NCBI GenBank assembly: GCA_963745835.1
Contig: CAVUZH010000022.1
Location: 32,001 to 96,000 of the forward strand
Direction of reading: 5' to 3'
From: an uncultured delta proteobacterium
GTDB taxonomy: Bacteria; Desulfobacterota; Binatia; UBA9968
Length of the DNA: 64,000 bases
A program made the position numbers and the translations under genes. Below are positions 29,981 to 39,643 of the stretch, piece after piece; the stretch's first letter is position 1; every line of letters starts with the position of its first letter. A model generated the notes under the pieces. That model had not been told where the DNA came from. It did no database searches and was given only the letters and a program-made list of their open reading frames with translations.

Positions 29981-30328
29981 ATGAAGATCATGAGAATTTA
30001 CACCGGAGCAGACAACGAATCGCACTTCGAAGAAAAAGAAATCAATCTCAAGTTCAATGGCGATATGGAAGCCTCCGAGCTGGAGCCTGCCACGGGAGTT
30101 TTTTTTCGCCAAGCTCCGGTTAATCACCTGAACGACTTCCATCCAGCGCCGCGGCGCCAGTACATCATCACTTTGTCAGGCGAGGTGGAGATCGAGATTG
30201 GCGACGGCACCATCAAACGTTTCGGCAAAGGCGATATCATGCTCGCCGACGACACCACCGGCCGCGGTCATATCACCCGCGTGCTCGGCAACCAACCGCG
30301 GATCTACGTGACCATTCCTCTAAAGTAA
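29981..30328 (+). CDS. Cupin-like protein
   Basis: RIYTGADNESHFE, FHPAPRRQYIITLSG.VEIE, DDTTGRGH. Confidence 0.8.
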   Translation: MKIMRIYTGADNESHFEEKEINLKFNGDMEASELEPATGVFFRQAPVNHLNDFHPAPRRQYIITLSGEVEIEIGDGTIKRFGKGDIMLADDTTGRGHITRVLGNQPRIYVTIPLK

Positions 30329-30379
30329 AGGTATCCCATCAGCAATCTGATTTCAGACGAAGCGCCACAGCGTGGTCGC

Positions 30380-31522
30380 TTGACGCTCTGCATCGTCCCC
30401 TGCTCTAACTTCATGCCATCGATGATGGTGGCAACATTGGGGATCGCCTTGCCTGAAATCAGGCAGTCGTTCTCGCTCTCTGAGGTCGAGGCGGCAAGCC
30501 TGTTCTCGGTTCTCATGATCGTCGCGGCCGTCACCAGCACTGTTGCGGGTCGTTTTGCTGACAGGTACGGCCGCAAGACGATATTAATCTCAGGCTTGAG
30601 CCTTTTGGCCGCCGGTTTTGCCTTGGCCGGTATTACTTCTAGTCGCCTCTTGTTTTTCTTGTCTCTCGGAATCACCGGATTGGGCTACGGCTTTACGCCG
30701 CCGGCGCTCTATGCCGTGATGTCGGATCTGCTACCCAACAAACGCGGTCTCGGCGCTAGCCTGGTTTCGGTTGCATACGGCATCGGCGGCGCCATCGGCG
30801 CCGTCTTGGCCAGCCGGATCATCGCCGTCTCGGGGTGGCGCGCAGCCTTTGTCACCGTTGGAGTCATTGCCGCAGTGATCATGTTGCTGCAGCTATATTG
30901 GATCCGCAATATCCGCTCGATTAAATCCGCCGTCCGCGGCGGATCTTTCAGAGGCTCTCTCTCGCTGCCGCTGTTGATTCTCGCCTTGGCCGAGTTCATT
31001 GGCGGATCGGTTTTCTGGAGCTCGGCGGCCTGGAGCCCAACCTTGCTGCGAAGCGATAAAGCGCTCACACTAAAAGAAACCGGTTGGGTCATGGGCGTGC
31101 TGAGCCTGGCAAACATGCTGGGCTCGTTCTGCTTAGGCGCTTTATCCGACAGGTTGGGCCGGCGCCGGGTAATCGTGCTGAGCTCGTTTCCGGCGGCGGT
31201 GGCGGCGTTCGTAGTTTACTTTTGGTTGCAATCGCTCCTTGGACTCGCCCTCGGTATGCTTGTGTTTGGTATGCTCAAGGCTTCGGTGCCTGCCTTGGTG
31301 GTTGCCTTGGCGCAAGAAGCCTCGCCGCCGGCAAGCGCCGGTACTGCCAGCGGCATTATCATGGCGCTCCACTACACCGCAGGAGTGATAGCGCCGCTAA
31401 TTGCGGCGAAATTGATCTCCGGCACCGGAGATATTGTCTTGGCGATGATCCTTTGCACTTCAGTCCCCTTGCTGCTCTATGGCACTCTCATCGCAACGGT
31501 GCGGGGGCGCGGCAATAGTTAG
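30380..31522 (+). CDS. MFS transporter
   Basis: AGRFADRYGRK and GALSDRLGRR motif A repeats; multiple TM helices. Confidence 0.88.
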   Translation: MTLCIVPCSNFMPSMMVATLGIALPEIRQSFSLSEVEAASLFSVLMIVAAVTSTVAGRFADRYGRKTILISGLSLLAAGFALAGITSSRLLFFLSLGITGLGYGFTPPALYAVMSDLLPNKRGLGASLVSVAYGIGGAIGAVLASRIIAVSGWRAAFVTVGVIAAVIMLLQLYWIRNIRSIKSAVRGGSFRGSLSLPLLILALAEFIGGSVFWSSAAWSPTLLRSDKALTLKETGWVMGVLSLANMLGSFCLGALSDRLGRRRVIVLSSFPAAVAAFVVYFWLQSLLGLALGMLVFGMLKASVPALVVALAQEASPPASAGTASGIIMALHYTAGVIAPLIAAKLISGTGDIVLAMILCTSVPLLLYGTLIATVRGRGNS

Positions 31523-31603
31523 GCATCGTAGTATTAAAAATTTGCTCCTATCCAAAGTTGAGGCCTCATTTCGAAGGATTTTTCCAGGATATCCGCAACC
31601 CCC

Positions 31604-31918
31604 TCAGCGAAGCCACGAGAGAGTCAGCACAAGCAACATGCCAGCGAGCATGCCGCTGACTGCGCTTCTGGTGATATAGGCAACGGCAATCGTCAGAGCC
31701 AATGACAGGGCTCGCGCCGGAGCAAGGTGCAATTCGAACTTGCCACCCGTCATAAAGAGCGTCACGGCGATGATGCTGCAAATAAAAGCGTAGGATAAAT
31801 AGCGCAACAGCCGGTCCAAGTATTCGGGAAATCTCCGGCCGACAAAAATCAGCTGCGGCAGGGCGCGCACGGCGAAGGCCATGAATCCCATGATCAAGAT
31901 AATGCCGATGCGCGACAT
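31604..31918 (-). CDS. azlD: AzlD-family branched-chain amino acid exporter small subunit
   Basis: IMG..AF.VRALP, LRYL; hydrophobic; overlaps the end of azlC. Confidence 0.75.
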   Translation of the reverse strand: MSRIGIILIMGFMAFAVRALPQLIFVGRRFPEYLDRLLRYLSYAFICSIIAVTLFMTGGKFELHLAPARALSLALTIAVAYITRSAVSGMLAGMLLVLTLSWLR

Positions 31919-32637
31919 TTCCACTGTTCCGCCCCCCAGACCAAAATTGCCACAAGGCTCGCCGTGACCAACCAACCCCAGCCGGGGCTCGCGAGAGCAC
32001 CGGGCACCGCCAAGAATAACGCAGCAAGGCAGACGACCGGCATGGCCCAGCCGCGCATTTCCACCACCAACAGCCCTGCGAAATAGCCCGGCAGAATAAA
32101 CTTTAGCGCTTCTTCAAATCCTGTCGGAAAGCCGAGCGCAACGGCATATCCGAATGCGCTGCCGATAACCCAAACCAAAAAGCTGCTGGCGCCGACGCCT
32201 AGAAAGAAGGCCAAATTTTCATAGCCGACTGTGGACTCAGTAAACCCCGAATCGCCGGCGTCCTGTCGTTCCTTTTGAAACTGCAGATAAGGCACGATGA
32301 AACTGCTGGCGCTAACGACATGAGACGAAAGCAGCAAGTTGAGGCGGTTGACGCCGTGAAAGTATGGCGCCAGAGCCGCGCTCATGGGCAGAAAACGCAA
32401 GTTCATGAGAAAGCCTGCCACCAGCACCTGGACTGACGATTTGCCTTCCGCCAGCGGTCCTAAAACGGCGAATTGCGCCGGACCGGAGTAGACCCAGGCG
32501 GACATCAGGACAATTTCCGCGAATCTCATTCCGTGCGCTTGCGCGGCAATGCCCCAGGCGAGAGAGGATGGCACGAAGGCGATCCAGATCGGAATCGCCG
32601 CTTTCATTCCTTGACGAAAACGGAACGCGAAGCGCAT
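31894..32637 (-). CDS. azlC: AzlC-family permease
   Basis: FRQGMKAAIP, MSAWVYSGPAQF, LMNLRFLPMSAAL. Confidence 0.85.
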   Translation of the reverse strand: MRFAFRFRQGMKAAIPIWIAFVPSSLAWGIAAQAHGMRFAEIVLMSAWVYSGPAQFAVLGPLAEGKSSVQVLVAGFLMNLRFLPMSAALAPYFHGVNRLNLLLSSHVVSASSFIVPYLQFQKERQDAGDSGFTESTVGYENLAFFLGVGASSFLVWVIGSAFGYAVALGFPTGFEEALKFILPGYFAGLLVVEMRGWAMPVVCLAALFLAVPGALASPGWGWLVTASLVAILVWGAEQWKCRASALS

Positions 32638-32750
32638 TGAAACCGCTTAGCTGACGGCGGTTCAAAGATCAACCAAAGGCAGACGCTATCGCTTTCCACT
32701 CTCATTCAAGGACTTTCGCCGGTGTGAAATCTCAGTCACCATGCGCGTCA

Positions 32751-33410
32751 GTAGCAGGTTGCCAACGAACTGCGTGCGGTTTACGCCAAGCGAAACATCG
32801 ATCCCCAAGCCAAGCTTCAGCGGGCCCAACCCCAAGTCTCGGGAGCCGAGGATCTCAGCGGCTATGCTCCGAGGATTGTGGGAGAAGATGTGGAGCTTTT
32901 GGGGTTTGTCAATCGGCAGATTGGAGGACTGGACAAGGAGTTGATGAAGATCGCTCTTGAAGATGGCTCGGCTAAGCGGCTGATGACGATCCCGGGGGTG
33001 GGAGCGGTCAGTGCGGTGGCGATGAGCTGCTGGATTGGCGAGATTGCTCGATTTTCTAATGCGAAAAAGTTGGCCAGCTACTTTGGGTTGGCGCCGCGGG
33101 TGCGCCAGAGCGCCGAGACCGAACGCCATGGACATATCACCAAAGAAGGTAATCGCATGGTGCGCTCTCTGGTGATCCAAGCCGCCCTGGTGCATACGCG
33201 AAGGGGTAAAGGCCCGAGCCGTAAGCATTATTTCGGGGTGCTTAAAAGAAGAGGCAAGCCGATGTGAAAAACTCTGGTTGCAGGCTGCTTAAAAAGATCC
33301 AGAGGCAAGACGCGCGAAAAACGACGAGCTAAGGCGTACTTCCAGTACGTTGCAGCGAGACGTTTTGAGCCGCAACGAAGCATATGGGGTCTTTTTCAGC
33401 AGGCTGTCAG
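32751..33410 (+). mobile_element. MITE-like repeat copy C, interrupted inside its left TIR by a transposase fragment
   Basis: GTAGCAGGTTGC (32751-32762) | insert | TGAAAAACTC...CAGGCTGCTTAAAAAGATCCAG...CTTTTTCAGCAGGCTG (to 33406). Confidence 0.85.
32763..33264 (+). pseudogene. Internal fragment of the IS110-family transposase, lacking both IS ends
   Basis: Matches 38773-39273 except for one substitution seen by eye (GGCCCGAGC vs GGCCCCAGC), plus one extra G at 33264. Confidence 0.92.
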
Positions 33411-33454
33411 TCATATTGAATTCAACCATGGCTTATGCGAACTTGAATTCCCTC

Positions 33455-34843
33455 ATGACCGAACAAGCGACGCACCTGCTCCGCGAGCTGCCGTCAGTGG
33501 ACCGGCTCCTGAAGCATCCCCGTTGCGAAGCGCTGCTGGCCCGATACAACCGCGATTATCTCATTCAGAAATGCCGGGACGCGCTCGATCAAGCCAGGAT
33601 TGAAATCAGGCAAGGTAAAAGCTCCGCCGGAGGCGCAGTTAAAGACGACGCGATCGCAGCGCGAGTTGAGGCGCAAATCGCAACGGAGAGCCAACCGGGT
33701 CTTGTTCGAGTGGTGAACGCCACGGGCACGATCCTGCATACCAATCTCGGCCGGGCGCTCTTGTCCCAGGCTGCAATAGACGCGGTTCTCGGCGTGGCCG
33801 GTTGTCCGGTGAATCTGGAATACGATCTTACCGCGGGAAAGCGCGGCCGGCGCGAAGAAACCGTTGAAAAGTTACTGATTGAGCTGACTGGAGCCGAAGC
33901 AGCGACGGTGGTCAATAACAATGCCGCTGCTGTGCTGCTCGCTTTGAACAGTCTCGCCGAAGACCGGGAAGTCATCGTTTCGCGCGGCGAGCTGATCGAA
34001 ATCGGCGGCGCGTTTCGGATCCCGGAGATCATGGCTAAAAGCAACGCGATCTTAAAAGAAGTCGGCAGCACCAATCGCACGCACCCGGAAGACTACGAGC
34101 GAGCCATTAACGACAAGACGGCTCTGCTGCTAAAAGTGCATACCAGCAACTATAAGGTCGTGGGATTTACCGCCGAAGTCGATTTGGCGCAGCTCGTCGC
34201 CATTGGTAAGGAACACAACGTCCCGGTGATGGAAGATCTGGGCAGCGGCGCGCTCATCGATCTCAGCCGCTACGGGTTGCCGAAAGAGCCGCTCGTTGCC
34301 GAGCGCATCGATGCCGGTGCCGATGTGGTCACTTTCAGCGGCGATAAGATTCTCGGCGGCCCCCAGGCAGGGCTGTTGGTCGGGAAAAAAAGTCTCATCG
34401 GCAGGATGAACAAAAATCATCTGCAGCGCGCGCTGCGCTGCGGCAAATTGACCTTGGCGGCTTTGGAAGGAACGCTTCGGCGCTACCAGCAATCGCCTGA
34501 TATCACCCGGGAGATTCCGACCTTAAGAAGCTTCACCCGCGGTGTCGATGAAATCGGCGAACTGGGCAAACAGCTGTTGCCGAGACTTCAACGCGCGCTC
34601 GGCGACGATTACCGCTTAACTCTGGAAGAATCGACTTCGCAGATCGGCAGCGGCGCGCTACCCACTGAAGAGCTACCAACCGTAGTGATCGCGATTGTCC
34701 ATGAGACGCTCAACGCCAACCGAATCGCCGAAAGCTTTCGCCGCGCCAATCCGCCGATTATCGGCAGGATTCAAGACGAACGTTTTCTGCTCGACTTGAG
34801 AACGATCTTCGATGCCGAGGATTTGGTTCCAAAATTTGACTGA
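33455..34843 (+). CDS. selA: L-seryl-tRNA(Sec) selenium transferase (selenocysteine synthase)
   Basis: LPSVD, VVNATGTILHTNLGRA, VVNNNAAA, SRGELIEIGGAFRIP, EDLGSG, FSGDKILGGPQAG (PLP Lys). The track start at 33350 lies inside the MITE. Confidence 0.96.
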   Translation: MTEQATHLLRELPSVDRLLKHPRCEALLARYNRDYLIQKCRDALDQARIEIRQGKSSAGGAVKDDAIAARVEAQIATESQPGLVRVVNATGTILHTNLGRALLSQAAIDAVLGVAGCPVNLEYDLTAGKRGRREETVEKLLIELTGAEAATVVNNNAAAVLLALNSLAEDREVIVSRGELIEIGGAFRIPEIMAKSNAILKEVGSTNRTHPEDYERAINDKTALLLKVHTSNYKVVGFTAEVDLAQLVAIGKEHNVPVMEDLGSGALIDLSRYGLPKEPLVAERIDAGADVVTFSGDKILGGPQAGLLVGKKSLIGRMNKNHLQRALRCGKLTLAALEGTLRRYQQSPDITREIPTLRSFTRGVDEIGELGKQLLPRLQRALGDDYRLTLEESTSQIGSGALPTEELPTVVIAIVHETLNANRIAESFRRANPPIIGRIQDERFLLDLRTIFDAEDLVPKFD

Positions 34844-34870
34844 GACATCGCGCAAAGACGCAAAGAGATA

Positions 34871-34992
34871 AGGCGGTTCAAGAAGGTTCAAATGCGAGGC
34901 GCGCGAAGAGCGATGAGCGGAACCGTACTCATGTACGTTGACGCGAAATCGGTCGAGCGCAACGAAGCAGATGAGCCTTTTTCAACAGCCTA
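34871..34992 (+). mobile_element. MITE-like repeat copy D
   Basis: AGGCGGTTCAAGAAGG...GAGGCGCGCGA...GTACGTTG...GCAACGAAGCA...CCTTTTTCAACAGCCT. Confidence 0.85.
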
Positions 34993-35101
34993 AGAAAAGT
35001 TGGAAAAAATGCCCTACATCATCGGCACCGCTACGAGATAACTACGAAGTCGAATTTTAAAATGCCAACAGTTCCATAGAAGCAGCAGTCCAAATGTCAT
35101 T

Positions 35102-35224
35102 CAGGCTGTTCAAAAAGGTTCAAATGCGAGGCGCACGAAGGGCGATGAGCGGAAACGTACTCGTGTACGTTGATGCGAAATCGATCAAGCGCAACGAAGC
35201 AGATGAGCCTTTTTCAACAGCCTA
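35102..35224 (+). mobile_element. MITE-like repeat copy E (direct duplicate of D)
   Basis: CAGGCTGTTCAAAAAGG...CCTTTTTCAACAGCCT. Confidence 0.85.
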
Positions 35225-35241
35225 AGAAAAGTTGACAAAAA

Positions 35242-37173
35242 ATGCCTTACATCATCGGCACCGCCGGACACATCGACCACGGTAAAACCAGCCTGATCAA
35301 AGCTTTGACCGGCGAGGACACCGACCGGCTCAAGGAAGAAAAGGAGCGCGGCATTTCCATCGATTTGGGTTTTGCCCAACTCGATCTCGGCGACGGCAAT
35401 CTCGCCGGAGTTGTCGACGTTCCCGGCCATGAGCGCTTCATCAAGAACATGCTGGCGGGCGCGCACGGCATCGATCTGGTGCTCTTTACCGTTGCCGCCG
35501 ACGACGGCGTCATGCCGCAGACCGAAGAACACCTCGACATCGTTCACTTGCTCGGCATCAAGGTAGCCGTCTTCGTGATCACCAAAGCGGACCTGGTTTC
35601 GCAGCCGCGCATTGCCGAAGTGGAAGAGGAAATCAACATCTTGACTCTCGGAACCGTTCTGGAAGATTCGCCGATCATCGCGGTTTCCTCAGCCACCGGC
35701 CAGGGGCTCAGTGAGCTCAAGCAGCTTGTTTCTCAATCATTGAAGTCTATCGATAAACCGGCGCCGAGCGGCTACTTCCGCCTCCCGGTGGACCGCGCTT
35801 TCGTGTTGCAGGGCCATGGCGTAGTGGTGACCGGCACGGCGCGCAGCGGCGAGATCAGGACCGGCGATCGGGTGCGTTGCCTGCCCGGAGAGCAAATTTT
35901 TCGCGTGCGCAGCCTGCAGGTGCACGGAGAATCTGTCGAGCTTGCCGGCTGGGGCCAACGGGTGGCGCTGAATCTCACCGGACCCGATACCGCCGAAGTC
36001 GCGCGCGGCCACGTCATCTGTCACGAGAAGATCTCGCTGACTTCAAATCGCTTCGACGCCTACTTGGAAGTCCGTCCGGCGGCGCGCAAGGGCATCAAGA
36101 ACCATCAGAACGTGAGGGTCCATTTGGGGACCGCCGAACGGCTTGGCAAAGTCATCATCCTCGGCGAAAGGGACCATATCGAGCCGAAGCAATCGGCGTA
36201 CTGCCAGATCACGCTGGCCGAGCCGATCCTGGCTTTGCGCGGCGATCATTTCATTCTCCGCGATGAAACCGCGCAACGGACACTCGCCGGCGGCATGGTG
36301 ATCAACCCATGGGCCAGAAGACATAAGCGCTCCGACGATCTGCGCGACAAACTCGAAGCGCTACACCGCGGCGACATCACCCAACTGACGGAAGCGTTCC
36401 TGGAAGAAAGCGAAGCGTTTGCCTTGCCGCTGGAATCCATTTACCAGTTCCTCGATTGCCGAGAGGAACTGATTCGCAGCTCCATCGACAAAATGAAAAA
36501 TGTCCGCGCGGTCAGCGCGGAGGGCGAGAAAGTCTACACCACCGAGCCCAAATGGCAGCGTCTCAAAGAGCAGATTTCCAAGATCCTCAAGGATTTCCAC
36601 GCAACCCATCCGCTGGTTCCGGGCATGGATATGGAAGAGCTGCGCGGCAAGCTCGCCTACGAGCTTTCGCCCAAAGTCTTCCGGCTGGTGATCGACGGAC
36701 TGATCGGTGAACGGCTGATCGCCAAGGAAGAAAACCTGCTGCGGTTAGCCCAGCATAAACTTCAGCTTGGCGGTCAAGACAAGTTGCTGATGGAGCGAAT
36801 AAAGAAAATCCTTGCCGAACACGAGATGGCGCCGCCGGAGCTGAAACAGATCGAAAAAGACGCGGCGGTGCCGCGCGCGAAATTGGCCGAGGTGCTGCGC
36901 CTGCTCGAAAGAGAGCGGTCGGTGGTCAAAGTAGCTACCGATCTGTATTTCCTATCTAGTTGTGTCGACAAGGTTAAGAATCTGCTTTGCACGCACCTCG
37001 CCGAGCAGGGTGAAATATCGGCTGCCACATTTCGTGACCTGCTGGGATCAAGCCGAAAATATACCATTGCGCTATTGGAACATTTCGATCGAGAAGGCGT
37101 GACTCTGAGGGTCGGCGACGTTCGGCGCCTGAAAGCCGCTTCGGTAACTGAAAAGCGTGGCTCAGCGCATTGA
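35242..37173 (+). CDS. selB: Selenocysteine-specific translation elongation factor
   Basis: [42 protein letters not shown]-terminal SRKY.I.LLE.FDR winged helix. Confidence 0.97.
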   Translation: MPYIIGTAGHIDHGKTSLIKALTGEDTDRLKEEKERGISIDLGFAQLDLGDGNLAGVVDVPGHERFIKNMLAGAHGIDLVLFTVAADDGVMPQTEEHLDIVHLLGIKVAVFVITKADLVSQPRIAEVEEEINILTLGTVLEDSPIIAVSSATGQGLSELKQLVSQSLKSIDKPAPSGYFRLPVDRAFVLQGHGVVVTGTARSGEIRTGDRVRCLPGEQIFRVRSLQVHGESVELAGWGQRVALNLTGPDTAEVARGHVICHEKISLTSNRFDAYLEVRPAARKGIKNHQNVRVHLGTAERLGKVIILGERDHIEPKQSAYCQITLAEPILALRGDHFILRDETAQRTLAGGMVINPWARRHKRSDDLRDKLEALHRGDITQLTEAFLEESEAFALPLESIYQFLDCREELIRSSIDKMKNVRAVSAEGEKVYTTEPKWQRLKEQISKILKDFHATHPLVPGMDMEELRGKLAYELSPKVFRLVIDGLIGERLIAKEENLLRLAQHKLQLGGQDKLLMERIKKILAEHEMAPPELKQIEKDAAVPRAKLAEVLRLLERERSVVKVATDLYFLSSCVDKVKNLLCTHLAEQGEISAATFRDLLGSSRKYTIALLEHFDREGVTLRVGDVRRLKAASVTEKRGSAH

Positions 37174-37207
37174 ATTGAGTTTGCGATCGAACTACACTCA
37201 CAGGTCT

Positions 37208-38263
37208 ATGATGCTCGGAAATAAAAAAGCCGTTCGGCTGACGCAGTCAGTCAAAGCCGCGGGTTGAGCCGCTAAGCTCGGCCCTGCCGACCTCGTGCAA
37301 GTTTTGCACGATCTGCCAAAGTTCAACCACCCGGACATGTTGGTCGGGACGGAGACCTCCGACGACGCCGGAGTCTTCCGCTTGCGGCCGGATCTCGCAA
37401 TCGTCAACACGGTCGATTTCTTCACGCCGATTGTCGATGACCCGTATACCTTCGGACAGATCTCGGCGACCAATTCGCTCAGCGACGTCTACGCCATGGG
37501 CGGTGAGCCCAAGACATGCCTGAACCTCGTCTGTTTTCCAAAAGGCAAGATGGATATCGAAATCCTGGGAGAGATCCTCAAAGGCGGCGCTGATAAGGTC
37601 AAGGAAAGCGGCGCGGTGATCATCGGCGGTCACAGCATCATCGACGAAGAAATCAAATACGGTCTGGCCGTGACCGGGACCATCCATCCCGATAAGATCT
37701 ACCGCAATGTCGGCGTGCAGGAAGGCGACGCGCTGATTCTAACCAAACCTCTCGGCACCGGCATCATCACCACGGCTCTCAAGAAAGGTAAAGCTGCCGA
37801 ACAAAGCGTCGATCAAGCCGTTCGGTCGATGACCACGCTCAACGCCACGGCGTCTAACGTGATGCGCAAATTTGCCGTGCACGCCTGCTCGGATATAACC
37901 GGCTTTGGCATCCTTGGTCATGGTTTGGGAATGGCCAGCGGCAGCGGTGTGACTCTGGTGATCGAATCGGCCAAGCTGCCGCTTCTGCAAGATGCCACCC
38001 ATTTAGCCGAGAAAGGCTACATCACCGGCGGCTGCAAACGTAATCGCGAGTTTTTGCAGGATAAAATATTCATCGAAAACTCGATCCGTGAGGGGCTTAT
38101 CGAAGTAGCCTTGGACCCGCAAACCTCGGGCGGACTGCTGATAGCCGTCGCCAACCGACATGCATCACAGCTTCTTGAAGAGCTTAAGAGCGCAGGTATC
38201 GACGCGGCAACGCAAGTCGGCTATGCCACCTCGCTGCAGAAATCCTGGATACGGCTCGTCTGA
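37208..38263 (+). CDS. selD: Selenide, water dikinase, selenocysteine-containing
   Basis: MMLGNKKAVRLTQSVKAAG-U(TGA 37265-37267)-AAKLGP in frame with the track ORF at 37295; DDAGV, TVDFFTPIVDDP, SDVYAMGG, LTKPLGTG, DPQTSGGLL. Confidence 0.95.
37268..37311 (+). promoter_or_regulatory. Putative bacterial SECIS element
   Basis: After the UGA: TCGGC-cct-GCCGA (37278-37290), then an 8-bp stem TCGTGCAA-gtt-TTGCACGA (37293-37311) with a G-first apical loop 33 nt after the UGA. Confidence 0.7.
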
Positions 38264-38359
38264 ACCATCCGTTAGCAGGTTGCTGATCTTATAAACGGAA
38301 TGGCCTCCGCGCGACCGGCTATGGTACACCGGCGGAGACAAAACCTTAGGAGGCCAGCG

Positions 38360-39376
38360 ATGGAACATTTTGTTGGTATCGATTTACACAAGTACGTATC
38401 ACAATTGGCGGTGTTGAGGGAAAGCCGATCTCCTTCACAGTTGCGTTTGGCGAATGACGTTGTGGCGGTGGAACGGGTTTTAAAGAAACTTCCCAAGGGG
38501 AGCAAGATAGCGCTAGAGGCGATGGGTTCATGGTGGTGGATGGTGGAGCTAGCGCAAAAGACCGGCCACGAAGTGTTTTTGTCCCACCCCAAGCAGACCA
38601 AGGCGATCGCGTCAGCGCGGTTGAAGTCCGATAAGGTCGATGCTTTGATGTTGGCCAAGTTACTTAAGGCCGATCTGCTTCCCACGGTGTGGATCCCTCC
38701 TGAAAACCAACGTCATATTCGCGAGCTTCTGACCCACCGGGCGCGCCTGGTGCGTCAACGAACCGCTGTGATCAACGAACTGCGTGCGGTTTACGCCAAG
38801 CGAAACATCGATCCCCAAGCCAAGCTTCAGCGGGCCCAACCCCAAGTCTCGGGAGCCGAGGATCTCAGCGGCTATGCTCCGAGGATTGTGGGAGAAGATG
38901 TGGAGCTTTTGGGGTTTGTCAATCGGCAGATTGGAGGACTGGACAAGGAGTTGATGAAGATCGCTCTTGAAGATGGCTCGGCTAAGCGGCTGATGACGAT
39001 CCCGGGGGTGGGAGCGGTCAGTGCGGTGGCGATGAGCTGCTGGATTGGCGAGATTGCTCGATTTTCTAATGCGAAAAAGTTGGCCAGCTACTTTGGGTTG
39101 GCGCCGCGGGTGCGCCAGAGCGCCGAGACCGAACGCCATGGACATATCACCAAAGAAGGTAATCGCATGGTGCGCTCTCTGGTGATCCAAGCCGCCCTGG
39201 TGCATACGCGAAGGGGTAAAGGCCCCAGCCGTAAGCATTATTTCGGGGTGCTTAAAAGAAGAGGCAAGCCGATTGCCCGGGTGGCGGCGGCCAACAAACT
39301 GTTGGGCGTGATTTTTCATATGCTCAAAGAACGCATCGACTATCATGAATTCCTCAGGCGTAGCGACGCACAGTGA
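38360..39376 (+). CDS. IS110-family DEDD transposase / bridge recombinase (338 aa)
   Basis: AGGAGG RBS; VGIDLHK (D), ALEAMG (E), KSDKVDA (D,D); TIPGVG; YFGLAPRVRQSA (catalytic Ser); ITKEGN; ARVAAANKL. Confidence 0.96.
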   Translation: MEHFVGIDLHKYVSQLAVLRESRSPSQLRLANDVVAVERVLKKLPKGSKIALEAMGSWWWMVELAQKTGHEVFLSHPKQTKAIASARLKSDKVDALMLAKLLKADLLPTVWIPPENQRHIRELLTHRARLVRQRTAVINELRAVYAKRNIDPQAKLQRAQPQVSGAEDLSGYAPRIVGEDVELLGFVNRQIGGLDKELMKIALEDGSAKRLMTIPGVGAVSAVAMSCWIGEIARFSNAKKLASYFGLAPRVRQSAETERHGHITKEGNRMVRSLVIQAALVHTRRGKGPSRKHYFGVLKRRGKPIARVAAANKLLGVIFHMLKERIDYHEFLRRSDAQ

Positions 39377-39524
39377 GTCCGTACTTTTTCATGGTCGCAA
39401 GACCGAGTTGCTGATTGGGCAGCTGTGCCTCTCCAGAGGGAGAACCGCCGGATTTAAGATCATGCGCTTTTAAAGGGCGCGAAGAGATGAGTGGGTCGCT
39501 ACCCATACGTTGATCAGCCCGGCG
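39368..39524 (+). ncRNA. Bridge RNA / seekRNA of the IS (target-binding and donor-binding loops); ends approximate
   Basis: Guides CTTTTTCA (39384-39391) and GTTGCTGA (39407-39414) match the target; TAAGATCA (39455-39462) and AGAGATGA (39483-39490) match the circle junction; enclosing stems GCACAG/CTGTGC and CGCCGG/CCGGCG. Confidence 0.88.
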
Positions 39525-39643
39525 ATCAGAGCCGAAAAGGGGAATACCAGGAGTCATATTAAACCGAGATCGTGCGTTATAAGCGAAATACGGAGGTCTT
39601 TTTTTTAGAAATCATTGCAAAACAAAATCAGGCTGTAACCCAC

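Noticed and set aside
30338-30379. Second possible ATC start for the MFS gene
   Set aside because: In frame, but the TTG at 30380 suffices and no essential motif is demonstrably lost.
33350-33454. N-terminal extension of SelA in the ORF track
   Set aside because: The upstream TTG lies within MITE copy C; SelA similarity begins near MTEQ...LPSVD.
34844-35241. selC (tRNA-Sec) expected between selA and selB
   Set aside because: No cloverleaf, UCA anticodon arm or CCA end seen; the interval is explained by two MITE copies and a duplicated selB start.
38300-38359. Transposase start at ATG 38300
   Set aside because: It overlaps the sub-terminal IR and lacks an RBS; AGGAGG precedes ATG 38360 and the family starts just before VGID.
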